A stretch of DNA of 64,000 nt from an uncultured Candidatus Rokubacteria bacterium (GTDB lineage: Bacteria > Methylomirabilota > Methylomirabilia > Rokubacteriales > CSP1-6). Shown here piece by piece: positions 43,338-53,736 of the stretch. The position numbers and the translations under genes are program-made. The stretch covers positions 256,001 to 320,000 of the forward strand of contig CAVWFS010000007.1 of assembly GCA_963754315.1 (NCBI GenBank). The letters run 5' to 3'. Under the pieces are notes generated by a model that was given only the letters and a program-made list of their open reading frames with translations, did no database searches and was not told where the DNA came from. The first letter of the stretch is position 1. Every line of letters begins with the position of its first letter.

Positions 43338-45080
43338 ATGAGTATCACCGGCGTCGCCGAGAAGTGGGTGGACGAAGCGGCAGGGCTCACCACACCCTCG
43401 CGGGTCGTGTGGTGCGACGGGTCCAAGGCCGAGTACGACTCGCTCATCGAGGCGATGCTGCGCGACGGTACCTTGCTCGCGCTCAATCAGCGAACCTATC
43501 CGGGTTGCTATCTGCATCGCAGCCACCCTCAGGATGTGGCGCGTACCGAACAGCTGACCTTCGTCTGCAGTCGGAATCACGACGAGGCCGGCCCGACCAA
43601 CAACTGGATGGAGCCCGCCGAGGCCAAGGCGAAGGCCGCGCCGATGTTTCGCAAGGCCATGCGGGATCGGACCATGTACGTCGTGCCCTATCTCATGGGG
43701 CCGGCCGGTTCCGCCATGAGCCGGGTTGGGCTCATGGTCACCGACAGCCCGTACGTGGTCGCGAGCATGCACATCATGACGCGAGTCGGCGCCGTTGCCG
43801 TCGAACACATGCGCGATGAGCATGACTTCATCGCCGGACTGCACGCCCTCGGCGATCTGTCACCCGACCGCCGGCTGATCCTCCACTTCCCCGAGGAGAA
43901 GCTGATCTGGAGCGTGGGCTCCGGCTACGGGGGCAACGCCCTCCTCGGAAAGAAGTGTCACGCTCTCAGGATCGCCTCGTCCCAGGCACGCCATGAGGGA
44001 TGGCTGGCCGAGCATATGCTGATCATCGGGGTCGAGGATCCGGACGGGCGGGTGACATACCTTGCCGCCGCCATGCCGAGCGCCTCGGGCAAGACCAACC
44101 TGGCCATGGTTGTCTCGCAGCTGCCGGGCTGGCGCGTATGGACCCTCGGCGACGATATCGCGTGGATGTGGGTGGATCGCGAGGGTCAGCTCCGCGCGAT
44201 CAACCCGGAGCGTGGCTTCTTCGGGGTGGCCCCCAATACCAGCCCCAAGACAAACCCCCATGCCACGGCCATGGTCCGGACGAACACCATCTTTACCAAT
44301 GTCGCGCTCACGCGAGATGGCGAGCCCTGGTGGGAGGGCCTGACGCCGTCGCCCCCTTCCGGCCTCACAGACTGGCAGGGCCGCGCGTGGGCGCCGGGCA
44401 ATGGCCCGGCGGCTCACCCGAACTCGCGCTTCACCGTGCCCGTTCCGCAGTGCCCATCGGTGGCGCCTAACTGGGAGGATCCCCAGGGAGTCCCGATCTC
44501 AGGGCTGATTTTCGGCTCACGGCGGACGCGCGCCATCCCACTCATCTTCGAAGCCTTTGACTGGGCGCATGGCGTCTTCCTCGGTTCGGCCATGAGCACG
44601 GAGACGACGGCGGCCATCACGGGCCAGGTCGGTGTGGTGCGCCGCGATCCCATGGCCATGCTTCCCTTCTGCGGCTACAACATGGCCGACTACTTCGCTC
44701 ACTGGCTGGCCATCGGTCAGCGCGTGAGCAGCCCCCCACGCATCTTCCGGGTGAACTGGTTTCGCCGTGACGCTGACGGACAGTTCCTCTGGCCCGGATA
44801 TGGCGAGAACATGCGTGTGCTCAAGTGGGTGGTGGAGCGAATCCGCGGGGCGGGAGAGGCGCAGGAGACGCCGGTCGGATCGATTCCGGCGCCGGGTGCT
44901 CTCGAGCTCGACGGGCTCGCCGTCACGCCGTCCCGACTGGCGGAGGCCCTCCGCTGCGATCCCGACGAATGGCGGGAGGCGCTCGCCGATCTCGAGGCGT
45001 TCTATGCGCAGTTCGGTGCGCGGCTGCCCGCCACGATCGCCGCCGCCCTCACCCAAACCCGCCGCCGCTTCGGGGATTGA
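43338..45080 (+). CDS. pckG: Phosphoenolpyruvate carboxykinase (GTP)
   Basis: DVARTE, GSGYGGNALLGKK, WLAEHM, PSASGKTNLAM, GDDIAW, NPERGFFGVAP and HPNSRF. Confidence 0.96.
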   Translation: MSITGVAEKWVDEAAGLTTPSRVVWCDGSKAEYDSLIEAMLRDGTLLALNQRTYPGCYLHRSHPQDVARTEQLTFVCSRNHDEAGPTNNWMEPAEAKAKAAPMFRKAMRDRTMYVVPYLMGPAGSAMSRVGLMVTDSPYVVASMHIMTRVGAVAVEHMRDEHDFIAGLHALGDLSPDRRLILHFPEEKLIWSVGSGYGGNALLGKKCHALRIASSQARHEGWLAEHMLIIGVEDPDGRVTYLAAAMPSASGKTNLAMVVSQLPGWRVWTLGDDIAWMWVDREGQLRAINPERGFFGVAPNTSPKTNPHATAMVRTNTIFTNVALTRDGEPWWEGLTPSPPSGLTDWQGRAWAPGNGPAAHPNSRFTVPVPQCPSVAPNWEDPQGVPISGLIFGSRRTRAIPLIFEAFDWAHGVFLGSAMSTETTAAITGQVGVVRRDPMAMLPFCGYNMADYFAHWLAIGQRVSSPPRIFRVNWFRRDADGQFLWPGYGENMRVLKWVVERIRGAGEAQETPVGSIPAPGALELDGLAVTPSRLAEALRCDPDEWREALADLEAFYAQFGARLPATIAAALTQTRRRFGD

Positions 45081-45085
45081 CCTGG

Positions 45086-45431
45086 TGGGGGGCCTCGAAA
45101 GGCCCCCATGCCCCCCAACGCTCGGCGCCCCGGCAAGCCGTGACGCCCCTCGGTCGTACGCGCTTGGCGCCGAGGCCCAGACAGCCGGTGACCGCGTGCC
45201 CTCCGGTGCGCATGACGAGCGCTGGGGGTTTGGGGGGCCGCCGAGGCCCCAGGCTGGCGCATGACCGAGGAGCGGCCCGGGTTTCCCGGGCTGTGACGAG
45301 CGCGGGGTCGGGGCGCCGAGGCCCGGCTGCGCATGACCGAGGAGCGGCCCGGGTTTCCCGGGCCGTGACGAGCGCCGGGCCCCGACTGGCGCATGACCGG
45401 AGCGGCCCGGGTTTCCCGGCCGTGACGGCGC
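45086..45431. repeat. Cluster of palindromic REP/BIME-like units
   Basis: Three direct ~47-nt units GCGCATGACCGAGGAGCGGCCCGGGTTTCCCGGGCYGTGACGAGCGC at 45257, 45329 and 45389 (third degenerate), plus an inverted relative at 45086-45155. Confidence 0.85.
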
Positions 45432-45452
45432 GGGTGGGCGTGAGCCCCCTGA

Positions 45453-46983
45453 TCAAACAGGCAAAACGGCGTTGCGTCGGGCGGGGAACTCGTGAATCTT
45501 TGACTCGGCGTAACGGAGCCGTGTGATCAGCTCTTGGCGCAAGGCCGAGCCCGGCACGATACCGTCGATGAGCATCTCGGAGGCGAGCTTGAAGGTATCG
45601 ACGTCGCGCGCATACTCATCGCGTCGCTCCTTCACATAGGCGGCCCGTTCGTTCTCCGGGAGCTCCATGATCTTGTTGTAGTACACGGCATTCACGGCTG
45701 GCTCAGGGCCCATGATCGCGATCTGCCCCTGGGGCAACGCCACCACGGCGTCAGGCTCGAACGCCTGACCGCACATGGCGTACAGGCCCGCCCCGTAGCA
45801 CTTGCGTACGATGACAGAGATCTTGGGGACGGTGGCCTGGGCGGTGGCGAAGACCATCTTGGCGCCGTGACGGATGATGCCTTCGCGCTCGACCTTGCTT
45901 CCTACCATGAAGCCCGCCACGTCGGCCAGATACACCAGGGGAATGTTGTAGGCGTTACACAGCCAGATGAACTTGGCGGCCTTGTCCGAGGAATCGACGA
46001 AGAGCACGCCCCCCTTCACCTTCGGCTGGTTGGCCACGATCCCTACGACACGGCCTCCAATACGAGCGAGCCCCACGATGATCTCGGCGGCAAACAGCCG
46101 TTTGATCTCGAACCACGACCCGGCGTCGATGATGCGGTCGATCACCTCGTACATGTCGAAGTACTTTCGCTGATCGTAGGGCACGATCGCATCGATGGGG
46201 CGGCCCGGCTTCGGCTCCACGATCTCCCCGTCGGCGGGGTGCGCCCGATAGGACGAGGGCATGTACGCGAGGTATCGCTTGGCCAGCTCGATGGCGTCTT
46301 CGTCTGACCTAGCCAGCACGTCGCCGCAGCCCGAGACGCTGCAGTGCATGCGGGCCCCACCGAGCTCCTCCAGGGTGGTCTTTTCTCCAACGGCCATTTC
46401 CACCATGCGCGGGCTACCGACGTAGAGCGACGCCTTGCCGTCGACCATGATGACCAGGTCTGTGAGGGCCGGCAGGTACGCCGACCCTGCCGGCGAGGGA
46501 CCGAAGAGGATGCACACCTGCGGCACCACGCCCGAGAGCTGAACCTCGTTGTAGAAGATCCGACCGGCGTGATAGCGGCCGGGAAAGATCCTGATCTGCT
46601 CCGAGATCCGCCCGCCCGCGGCGTCGACCAGATACAGGATGGGTACCTGCAGCCGCGCCGCTTTCTCCTGAATGCGGACGATCTTCTGCACGGTCTTCTC
46701 GCCCCAGGAGCCGGCCTTGACCGTGTAGTCGTTCGCCATGATGCAGACGGCGCGACCCCCCACCATGCCCACCCCCGTGACCACTCCGTCGGCAGGCGTC
46801 TCGGATTCCTCCGAACGCGCGAACAGCCAGTCTTCCTGGAATTCCGTATCGACGTCGAGCAGGAGCTTGAGGCGGTCGCGGACGAATAGCTTTCCCTCGG
46901 TCTTGCAGCTTCTCGCGATACTTGACGTGCCCCTGCTCGATGCGCGCGCGCTCGCGTGCGTAGCGCTCCTCGCCGTCACTCAC
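45453..46983 (-). CDS. Acyl-CoA carboxylase carboxyltransferase (beta) subunit, MCC/YngE-like (frameshift at ~46905)
   Basis: ADGVVTG, NDYTVKAGSW, AGSAY, LGGARMH, GIVANQ, GIIRHGAK and YGAG. Confidence 0.9.
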
Positions 46984-47019
46984 GCTCGGCCGATCGGGCT
47001 GGCCCGGGCCCAGGACGGC

Positions 47020-48070
47020 CTAGGGGGTGGGGTTGGCCCACAGGAAGATGATAAGCACGCCATCACCGTATCGAGGTCCTCCGATCACGGCCGGCCGCCC
47101 GGGCGGGGTGGCGATATTCGTCGTGACCTCGGCGAAGTCGCCCTGGACGAGTCGGACCCGCAACAGCACCCCTCGCTCGCGTATAGCCTCGGGAGTCAAC
47201 TCTAGCCGGCGAGCGCCCGCCACCGCGGTGCGGTACGTCGTCCCCATGGGAACATCCGCCAGCGTTTGCTGGAGCGGATGGTACTGAGCATAGCGCAGGA
47301 GCTTGCGCAGCTTCAGCATGTGGGTGTCTGCCCGCGCATCCGGGGTAAACGGTTGCTGAGACAGATCGGAGGGCGGCGGACCGTCGGAGGCCAGGAACAC
47401 GCGCGCGACTAGATGGATCCGCGGCTGAGTCGAGGTGGGAGTATCGGTCGGCGTTTGGGCGAAGGCCGCGCCCGCCCCCCACGTCAGCATGACGACGAAG
47501 ATCAGGGCGAGAAACGAGCCCAGGGCGTCTCGCAGGCGCTTGCGCGCATTGTGCAGGCGCGACATCACGGTCCCCATCGGGACGTCCAGCACGTCAGCGA
47601 TCTCGCGATATGACAGGCCCTCAAGGTCACTCAACATGATAATCGTTCGATGATCCTCTGACAAAGAGTCGAGCGCCTGTCCGGATGCGCTCGCGATCCT
47701 CCGTCTGTGCCGCCGAGCTGTCGGGGGCCAGCCCCTGATCCGTCATGACTCGCTCCCAGTCTTCCTCCGGAACGCGCTCGGTCCCGAAGGCGCGCCCACG
47801 GGCAGCCCGCTGACGGGCGCGATCGGCCGCGAGATTCATCACGATGCGGAACAGCCACGTGTAGAACGCCGACTGCCCCCGAAACGACGGCAGCGCCTGG
47901 TAAGCCCTTATGAACGCCTCCTGGGCAACGTCCCATGCCTCCTCGCGGTCGCGAAGGACGTTGTGGGCTAACCGCCATACGCGCTGGCGGTACTTCTCAA
48001 CCAACGGCTCGAAGGCCGTCAGATCACCCGCTTGGCAGCGCTCGACCAGCGCCCGATCGTCGGAGCTCAC
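47020..48070 (-). CDS. ECF sigma factor with C-terminal TM/signal-like segment and exported domain (frameshift at ~47680)
   Basis: Sigma2 DVAQEAF...FYTWLFRI; sigma4 GLSYREIA...GTVMSRLHNAR; then in frame FLALIFVVMLTWGAGAAFA-Q and about 140 further aa. Confidence 0.8.
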
Positions 48071-48106
48071 GGGGCAATTATCCGCTCACCCCGTCCTGAC
48101 GAGACT

Positions 48107-48135
48107 TTAGACGGCGGCGAGGCGGGGGCGATTCA
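48107..48135 (-). promoter_or_regulatory. ECF-type promoter upstream of the sigma gene
   Basis: TGAATC-16 nt-CGTCTAA. Confidence 0.55.
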
Positions 48136-48600
48136 CCGGCGCCCGCGCGGCCGACGGGCGGGTGCCGCCAGGGCGAGGAGGGCATCGAGCCCCAGCAGGT
48201 AACTCTGCGGCCCAAATCCTGCGATCTGGCCGCGCGCGACGGCGGCGATCACGGAATGCCGACGGAAGTCCTCGCGAGCGTGAACGTTCGACAGATGGAC
48301 CTCGATCACGGGAATCTCGATACCGCTGACGGCGTCGCGCAAGGCCAGCGAGTAGTGGGTGAACGCGCCGGGGTTGAAGACGATCCCGGCGAAGCCTTCC
48401 TTCTCGGCCCCTTGCAGCCAGTCGATCAACTCCCCCTCGTGGTTCGACTGGCGACAGTCGACCCGTACGCCTCGCCCCCGCCCGTGCTCATGGATCAAGC
48501 GATTGACGTCCTCAAGGGAGGCGTGCCCGTAGACGCTCCTCTCCCGCGTTCCGAGAAGATTCAGGTTGGGCCCGTGCAGCACGAGAGCGGTCGCCGTCAG
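48133..48600 (-). CDS. aroQ: Type II 3-dehydroquinate dehydratase
   Basis: LHGPNLNLLGTRE, QSNHEG, NPGAFTH and EVHLSN; start uncertain (CTG 48600 behind GGAG). Confidence 0.93.
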   Translation of the reverse strand: MTATALVLHGPNLNLLGTRERSVYGHASLEDVNRLIHEHGRGRGVRVDCRQSNHEGELIDWLQGAEKEGFAGIVFNPGAFTHYSLALRDAVSGIEIPVIEVHLSNVHAREDFRRHSVIAAVARGQIAGFGPQSYLLGLDALLALAAPARRPRGRR

Positions 48601-48717
48601 GGGTGGGGCTCCGCAGCAGGGGCGATGAATAACATGAGCGGGGACCGGCGTCGAAAGGTACAGTGCGTGACGCGGCTCGTGCGACAGAGCTGTGCTACCA
48701 TGCCGACAGAGCATAGC

Positions 48718-50412
48718 ATGGCTATTGCATCCGCTTCCCGGCTCCTCGGTGAGATTCTCGTTGAGGAGGGGCTCACCACCGGTGATGTCGTTGCCCAGGC
48801 GATGGAGCGGGCCGAGCGGAGCGGCGAGCGTATCGGCGAGGCCCTGGTCGCCATGGGTGCCGTCTCCAACGAAGATGTGCTGCAGGCTCTGGCCCGGCAG
48901 CAAAATCTGACCTTCCTCACCCGCGACGAACTCCCGTCGCCGATACCCATTCTGAAGGGGCTCTCGTCGAAGTATCTGCGCCAATATGTCGTCTGCCCGG
49001 TGAGCGTGGACGGCGGCTTGCTCACCTTGGCCACTGCCGATCCGCTGAATCCGCTCATCGCCGACGATCTGCGGCAACTCACGGGACTGGCGGTGAAGCT
49101 GGTGGTCAGCCTCCCCGACGCCATTACCGACGCCATCGATCGTACCTATGAGGGTGTGGCCACGCCGTTGCAGCGGATCGTGGAGGGCATGGACGAGGAG
49201 CGGACGCAAGACGTGGACGAGGACGTCAGCCATCTGCGCGATATGGCCTTCGAGGCGCCGGTGGTGCGCCTCGTCAATCTCCTCGTGGAGAACGCCATCG
49301 GAGGAAGCGCCTCCGACATCCACATCGAGCCCTTCGAGGACACCTTACGCATCCGGTACCGGATCGACGGCATCCTCTATGAGCAGGAAGCCCCGCCCCG
49401 ACGTCTGCAAGCGGCCGTGACCTCTCGCATCAAGATCATGGCCGAGATGAACATCGCCGAGCGGCGCCTGCCCCAGGATGGTCGCATCCGCGTGACCTTG
49501 CAGGGACGTCGCGTGGACATCCGGGTCTCGACCATCCCCACCGTGCACGGGGAGTCGATCGTGATGCGCCTGCTCGATCGGTCGAGCGTGTTCCTCCCCC
49601 TCGAGCAACTCGGGTTCTCACCCGCGACCCGTCGCCGGTTCGAACGGCTCATCACCCTTCCCCATGGCATCCTCCTGGTGACGGGCCCGACTGGGTCGGG
49701 CAAGACGACCACGCTCTACGCCGCTCTTGACAAGATCAACTCGCCAGTCAGAAAGATCCTGACGGTCGAGGATCCCGTCGAGTACCAGCTCAAGGGTGTG
49801 AATCAGATTCCCGTGAAGGCCAAGATCGGGCTCACCTTCGCCACCGGGTTGCGGCACATCGTGCGCCAGGACCCCGACGTCATCCTGGTAGGGGAAATCC
49901 GGGATCTGGAGACCGCAGACGTCGCCGTGCAGGCCGCGCTCACTGGCCACCTCGTCTTCTCCACCCTGCATACCAACGATGCGCCAGGAGCGATTACCCG
50001 CCTTCAAGACATGGGCGTGGAGTCGTTCCTGCTCGTGTCAGTGCTGGAGGGGGTCATCGCCCAACGTCTCGTGCGGCGGATTTGCCAGGCCTGCCGCGAG
50101 CCCCACCTGCCTCCGGCCACCGATCTCCAGGCGCTTGGCGTGACCCCGGATCCCGGCGTCACCCTCTTTCATGGACGCGGGTGCGACGAGTGCCGTGGAA
50201 CCGGCTACCGAGGACGCTTCGGCATCTACGAGCTGTTCGAGATCACCGAAGAGATCCGGAGTATGGCTCTGCGTCGCGCCTCTGCCCGTGAGATCCGCCG
50301 CCTCGCGATCGAAAACGGCATGGTCACCCTGCGCCTCGACGGCTGGGCCAGAGCGCAGGAGGGCCTGACCACTGTGGAAGAGATATTGCGGGTCACGCAG
50401 GAAGACTCGTAG
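48718..50412 (+). CDS. gspE: Type II secretion ATPase
   Basis: ASDIHIEP, GPTGSGKTTT, VEDPVEY, RQDPD, TGHLVFSTLH and two CxxC. Confidence 0.93.
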   Translation: MAIASASRLLGEILVEEGLTTGDVVAQAMERAERSGERIGEALVAMGAVSNEDVLQALARQQNLTFLTRDELPSPIPILKGLSSKYLRQYVVCPVSVDGGLLTLATADPLNPLIADDLRQLTGLAVKLVVSLPDAITDAIDRTYEGVATPLQRIVEGMDEERTQDVDEDVSHLRDMAFEAPVVRLVNLLVENAIGGSASDIHIEPFEDTLRIRYRIDGILYEQEAPPRRLQAAVTSRIKIMAEMNIAERRLPQDGRIRVTLQGRRVDIRVSTIPTVHGESIVMRLLDRSSVFLPLEQLGFSPATRRRFERLITLPHGILLVTGPTGSGKTTTLYAALDKINSPVRKILTVEDPVEYQLKGVNQIPVKAKIGLTFATGLRHIVRQDPDVILVGEIRDLETADVAVQAALTGHLVFSTLHTNDAPGAITRLQDMGVESFLLVSVLEGVIAQRLVRRICQACREPHLPPATDLQALGVTPDPGVTLFHGRGCDECRGTGYRGRFGIYELFEITEEIRSMALRRASAREIRRLAIENGMVTLRLDGWARAQEGLTTVEEILRVTQEDS

Positions 50413-50417
50413 CGACC

Positions 50418-51629
50418 ATGCCGGTCTTCACGTACCGTGCAGCCGACCGGCAAGGCCAGACTGTCGACGGGGTGATGGAGGCCGCCGACGCCCGCGCCGT
50501 CATCGAGCGGCTGCACCGCGAAGCCTACTTCCCCGTGCGGGTCACGCCCCAGGGGCAACGGGTGTCCTGGGGGACTTTCAGCTTGTCCCGCGGCGTCCGG
50601 GCTCGCGACCTACTGGCGATGACCCAGCAACTAGCCACCCTGGTCGAAGCCGGCATGCCGCTCGATCGTGCGCTCTCCATCCTGGAGGAGCTGGCCCCGC
50701 ACCCGCGGGTGAAGACGATCGTCGCCGACCTTCTCCATAGTGTGCGGGGCGGCACGTCGCTCAGCGATGCTCTCGCCAAACACCATCCCCGCCCCTTTTC
50801 GCGCCTGTACATCAACATGGTCCGTGCTGGTGAACGAGGCGGCGTGCTGGAGGCCACCTTGCGCCGGCTGGCCGAGTTTCAGGAGTCGCGGCAGGCGTTC
50901 ACGGAGGCGATCGTCTCCGCCATGATCTACCCTGCCGTCATCACGACGGTTGGGGCCGCGGCCATCGTGTTCCTGATGACCTTCGTCATCCCTCGCTTTG
51001 CCGAGATCTTCAAGGACCTCGGGCAGGCGATTCCCATGCCGACACAGGTTCTCCTCTCCACCAGCGTGGCCATGCAATCCTACTGGTGGGTCGGTGTGCT
51101 GGCCGTGGTGGGGGTCGTCTTCGCGTGGCGGCTGTGGACGGGTACCGCTGAGGGGCGGCAGCAGTGGGACCGGTTTCTCTTGCGTGTCCCGCTGCTGGGC
51201 CCGCTCATCATCAAAGTGGAGACAGCCCGCTTCACGCGAACGCTTGGTACCATGCTCAAAAGTGGCGTGCCCGTCCTCGGTGCGCTGGCCGTGGTTGGGG
51301 ACATCATGACCAATCAGATCGTGGGTCACGCCGTGGGCCGTCTTGCCGACACCGTGAAGCGTGGCGGGACGGTCGCGGCGGCCATGCAGGAGCACACTCC
51401 CTTTCCTGCGCTGGCCACCCACATGGTCCGCGTCGGGGAGGAGACGGGCCGGTTGGAGGAGATGTTGCTCAAGACCGCCGACACGGTGGAGGGCGAGGTT
51501 CGGAGTGAGTTACGGCGCACCATTGGGCTCTTGGAGCCGGCTGTCATCCTGGTCATGGGTGCGGTGGTGGCCTTCATCGTGGTGGCCATGCTCCTGGCTA
51601 TCTTCTCCATCAACGAGATTCCGCTATGA
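50418..51629 (+). CDS. gspF: Type II secretion inner-membrane platform protein
   Basis: QLATLVEAG, AGERGG, MIYP, GEETG and LEP. Confidence 0.93.
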   Translation: MPVFTYRAADRQGQTVDGVMEAADARAVIERLHREAYFPVRVTPQGQRVSWGTFSLSRGVRARDLLAMTQQLATLVEAGMPLDRALSILEELAPHPRVKTIVADLLHSVRGGTSLSDALAKHHPRPFSRLYINMVRAGERGGVLEATLRRLAEFQESRQAFTEAIVSAMIYPAVITTVGAAAIVFLMTFVIPRFAEIFKDLGQAIPMPTQVLLSTSVAMQSYWWVGVLAVVGVVFAWRLWTGTAEGRQQWDRFLLRVPLLGPLIIKVETARFTRTLGTMLKSGVPVLGALAVVGDIMTNQIVGHAVGRLADTVKRGGTVAAAMQEHTPFPALATHMVRVGEETGRLEEMLLKTADTVEGEVRSELRRTIGLLEPAVILVMGAVVAFIVVAMLLAIFSINEIPL

Positions 51630-52072
51630 GACCTTGGCGCCGTCTCCTCAGGAACGATGCGGGTTTCACGCTCGTAGAACTCTTGGTGGTCATCGTCGTG
51701 CTCGGACTCCTGGTTGGTCTGGTCGGGCCGCGGTTGTGGGGACAGGTCAGCAAATCGAAACAAGCGACGGCCAAGGCTCAGATCGAGCTGATCGGCTCGG
51801 CGCTCGATCAGTTCCGCTTGGACAACGGGAGCTACCCGGGCAGCCTCGAGGCCCTCAACCAGAAGCCAGGGAACGCGGCGAGCTGGAACGGGCCCTACCT
51901 GAAAAAGGCCGTCCCGAACGATCCGTGGGGCCACCCGTACAAGTTCAAGTGTTGTCCAGGGCAGTTTGGCGAGTACGACCTCTGGTCGGAGGGGGCCGAC
52001 GGGGCCCCGGGTGGCGAGGGCGAGAACACCGACGTCGTCTCATGGAGCGAGACACCCCAGGCGCAGCGGTAG
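51626..52072 (+). CDS. gspG: Major pseudopilin
   Basis: G/FTLVE prepilin motif, WNGPYL, DPWGHPY and GADGAPGG. Confidence 0.95.
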   Translation: MRPWRRLLRNDAGFTLVELLVVIVVLGLLVGLVGPRLWGQVSKSKQATAKAQIELIGSALDQFRLDNGSYPGSLEALNQKPGNAASWNGPYLKKAVPNDPWGHPYKFKCCPGQFGEYDLWSEGADGAPGGEGENTDVVSWSETPQAQR

Positions 52073-52500
52073 TACAGGCGCCAGGCTTCAGCCTCATCGA
52101 GGTCGTCCTGGTGCTGTTCGTGCTGGCCCTGGCCACCGCCGTCGCCCTACCCGTCGTGGGCCGAACTACGGACGCGATCCGCATGCGGGCGGAGGTCGCG
52201 AGCTTCTCAGCAACCCTACGGCATGCCCGCGAGCTGGCGGTGACGACCCAGCGCCCATTCCGCGTGGAGGTGAACCCCGCCGAGCACCGCATGACCGTCG
52301 TGGCCGACGAGGACGATGTGCGGCTGACGCGCTCGCTGGCCCCTCAGCTCACGGTGCAGGCCGTCTCGGGGCCCTCCCTCACTGTACGCTTCGACCCTCA
52401 AGGTATCTCCAATGGCGGCGACTTCCGCCTCAGCGCGGGGAACTCCGTCTACCTGGTCAACGTGGACCCCCTGACCGGCCGCGTGCGAATCAGCCGATGA
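52042..52500 (+). CDS. gspH: Minor pseudopilin H
   Basis: GFSLIEV prepilin motif, RFDPQG and VDPLTGRV; start uncertain. Confidence 0.85.
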   Translation: MERDTPGAAVVQAPGFSLIEVVLVLFVLALATAVALPVVGRTTDAIRMRAEVASFSATLRHARELAVTTQRPFRVEVNPAEHRMTVVADEDDVRLTRSLAPQLTVQAVSGPSLTVRFDPQGISNGGDFRLSAGNSVYLVNVDPLTGRVRISR

Positions 52501-53033
52501 GGAAGGCATCCGCGACCCTGCCCGAGCATCGGCACGATCAAGCGGGCTTCTCGCTCCTCGAGGTGCTGATCGCCCTGGCCATCCTTGGTACTGCGGTCGT
52601 CGCCGCCATCCAGGGCGTGAGCCAGGGGCTGCGCCTGCTCAAGGTGTCTGGCGACCAGCAGCAGGCCACCGCCGTGGCTGACCAAAAAGCGCGAGAAATC
52701 GTCTCGCTCGTGGAGGGGGTCGACTCGGGCTCCGAGGGTCGCTTCTCCTGGCAACGGGTGACGCGCGTTGTCGAGACGCCGGAGCTCACCCCGGCCGACA
52801 GCGCACCGAAGTGGCGAGTATTCGAGATCGCAGTCGCTGTCACCTGGGACGACCAGCGGCGCGTGGACGTCACGACGCTCCGTACGGTGCCGGCGACCTC
52901 CGATCCCACCCGTGACACGATCGGATCGGATTCGCCCCAGCCCGGAGGTAGTCCATCGGCTAGCCCTTCCCAGAGCCCGTCCATGGGCACTGGGTCCGGC
53001 GCCGTCGGCCGGCCCATCGAGCGGAGGCACTGA
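52497..53033 (+). CDS. gspI: Minor pseudopilin I
   Basis: GFSLLEVLIAL; position in operon. Confidence 0.85.
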   Translation: MRKASATLPEHRHDQAGFSLLEVLIALAILGTAVVAAIQGVSQGLRLLKVSGDQQQATAVADQKAREIVSLVEGVDSGSEGRFSWQRVTRVVETPELTPADSAPKWRVFEIAVAVTWDDQRRVDVTTLRTVPATSDPTRDTIGSDSPQPGGSPSASPSQSPSMGTGSGAVGRPIERRH

Positions 53034-53100
53034 CGGGCCGCTCCGGGTCGGGGAGCGGTGGGAGAACCTCTAGTACACCGTCCTTCATGGATCCCCGCAA

Positions 53101-53736
53101 ATGAAGAAGCGCCGGCGTTTCGGCCGTGCGCCCCGTACCGTGCGACCAGCGGGTTTTACGCTCGTCGAACTCCTGATCGCTATGGCCATCGTCGGCGCCC
53201 TTCTCGTGATCGCCTTCGGCGGTCTCAGAGTGGTCCTGGCGGCGTCGCAACGCGGCGAGGAGCGGGTCGAGGTACACCAGCACCTGCGCAGCTTGGCGAC
53301 GATCCTCACCCGTGCCGTGGGCGCCACCTATCCGTACAAGGGGTCCATGGGCGAGAACCCCGAAGCGCGGCTGCTCTTCCAGGGAACGGCCTCGAAGCTC
53401 GAGTTCGTCACCCAGGCGCCGCCGTTTGCGCTGGCAGCGCCGGTGGCATTCACGGCGGTGGTGCTGGAGCACGTCGAGGGGGAGGGGTTGGTCATCAAGG
53501 AGCGGGCCCTGCCGAACTGGAACCCGTTCACGGATGCTACCGTCGTGCTGCGTGACCGAGCCGTGAACGCGCTCACCTTCCGGTACATGGACCAGAGCGG
53601 CAACTGGCAGCCTTCATGGGAAGAGGACAACTCCACTCCGGCCGCCATCGAGATCGCGGTCGGTCTCGCCCTCGACGGGCGCCAGACCACGCTTCCCCCG
53701 CTGGTGGTGCCGCTCAAGGTCACCCCCCCCGAATGA
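53101..53736 (+). CDS. gspJ: Minor pseudopilin J
   Basis: GFTLVELLIAM and FRY..WQPSW..PAAIEI. Confidence 0.85.
   Translation: MKKRRRFGRAPRTVRPAGFTLVELLIAMAIVGALLVIAFGGLRVVLAASQRGEERVEVHQHLRSLATILTRAVGATYPYKGSMGENPEARLLFQGTASKLEFVTQAPPFALAAPVAFTAVVLEHVEGEGLVIKERALPNWNPFTDATVVLRDRAVNALTFRYMDQSGNWQPSWEEDNSTPAAIEIAVGLALDGRQTTLPPLVVPLKVTPPE

Noticed and set aside
45257..45431. Three ~47-nt direct repeats resembling a mini CRISPR array
   Set aside because: Linkers are short (25 and 13 nt), unequal and related to each other; no cas genes or AT-rich leader; the same unit occurs singly at 34084
48078..48089. 12-nt match to the lac operator (GTGAGCGGATAA, minus strand)
   Set aside because: Partial match without the operator symmetry, no vector sequence; chance
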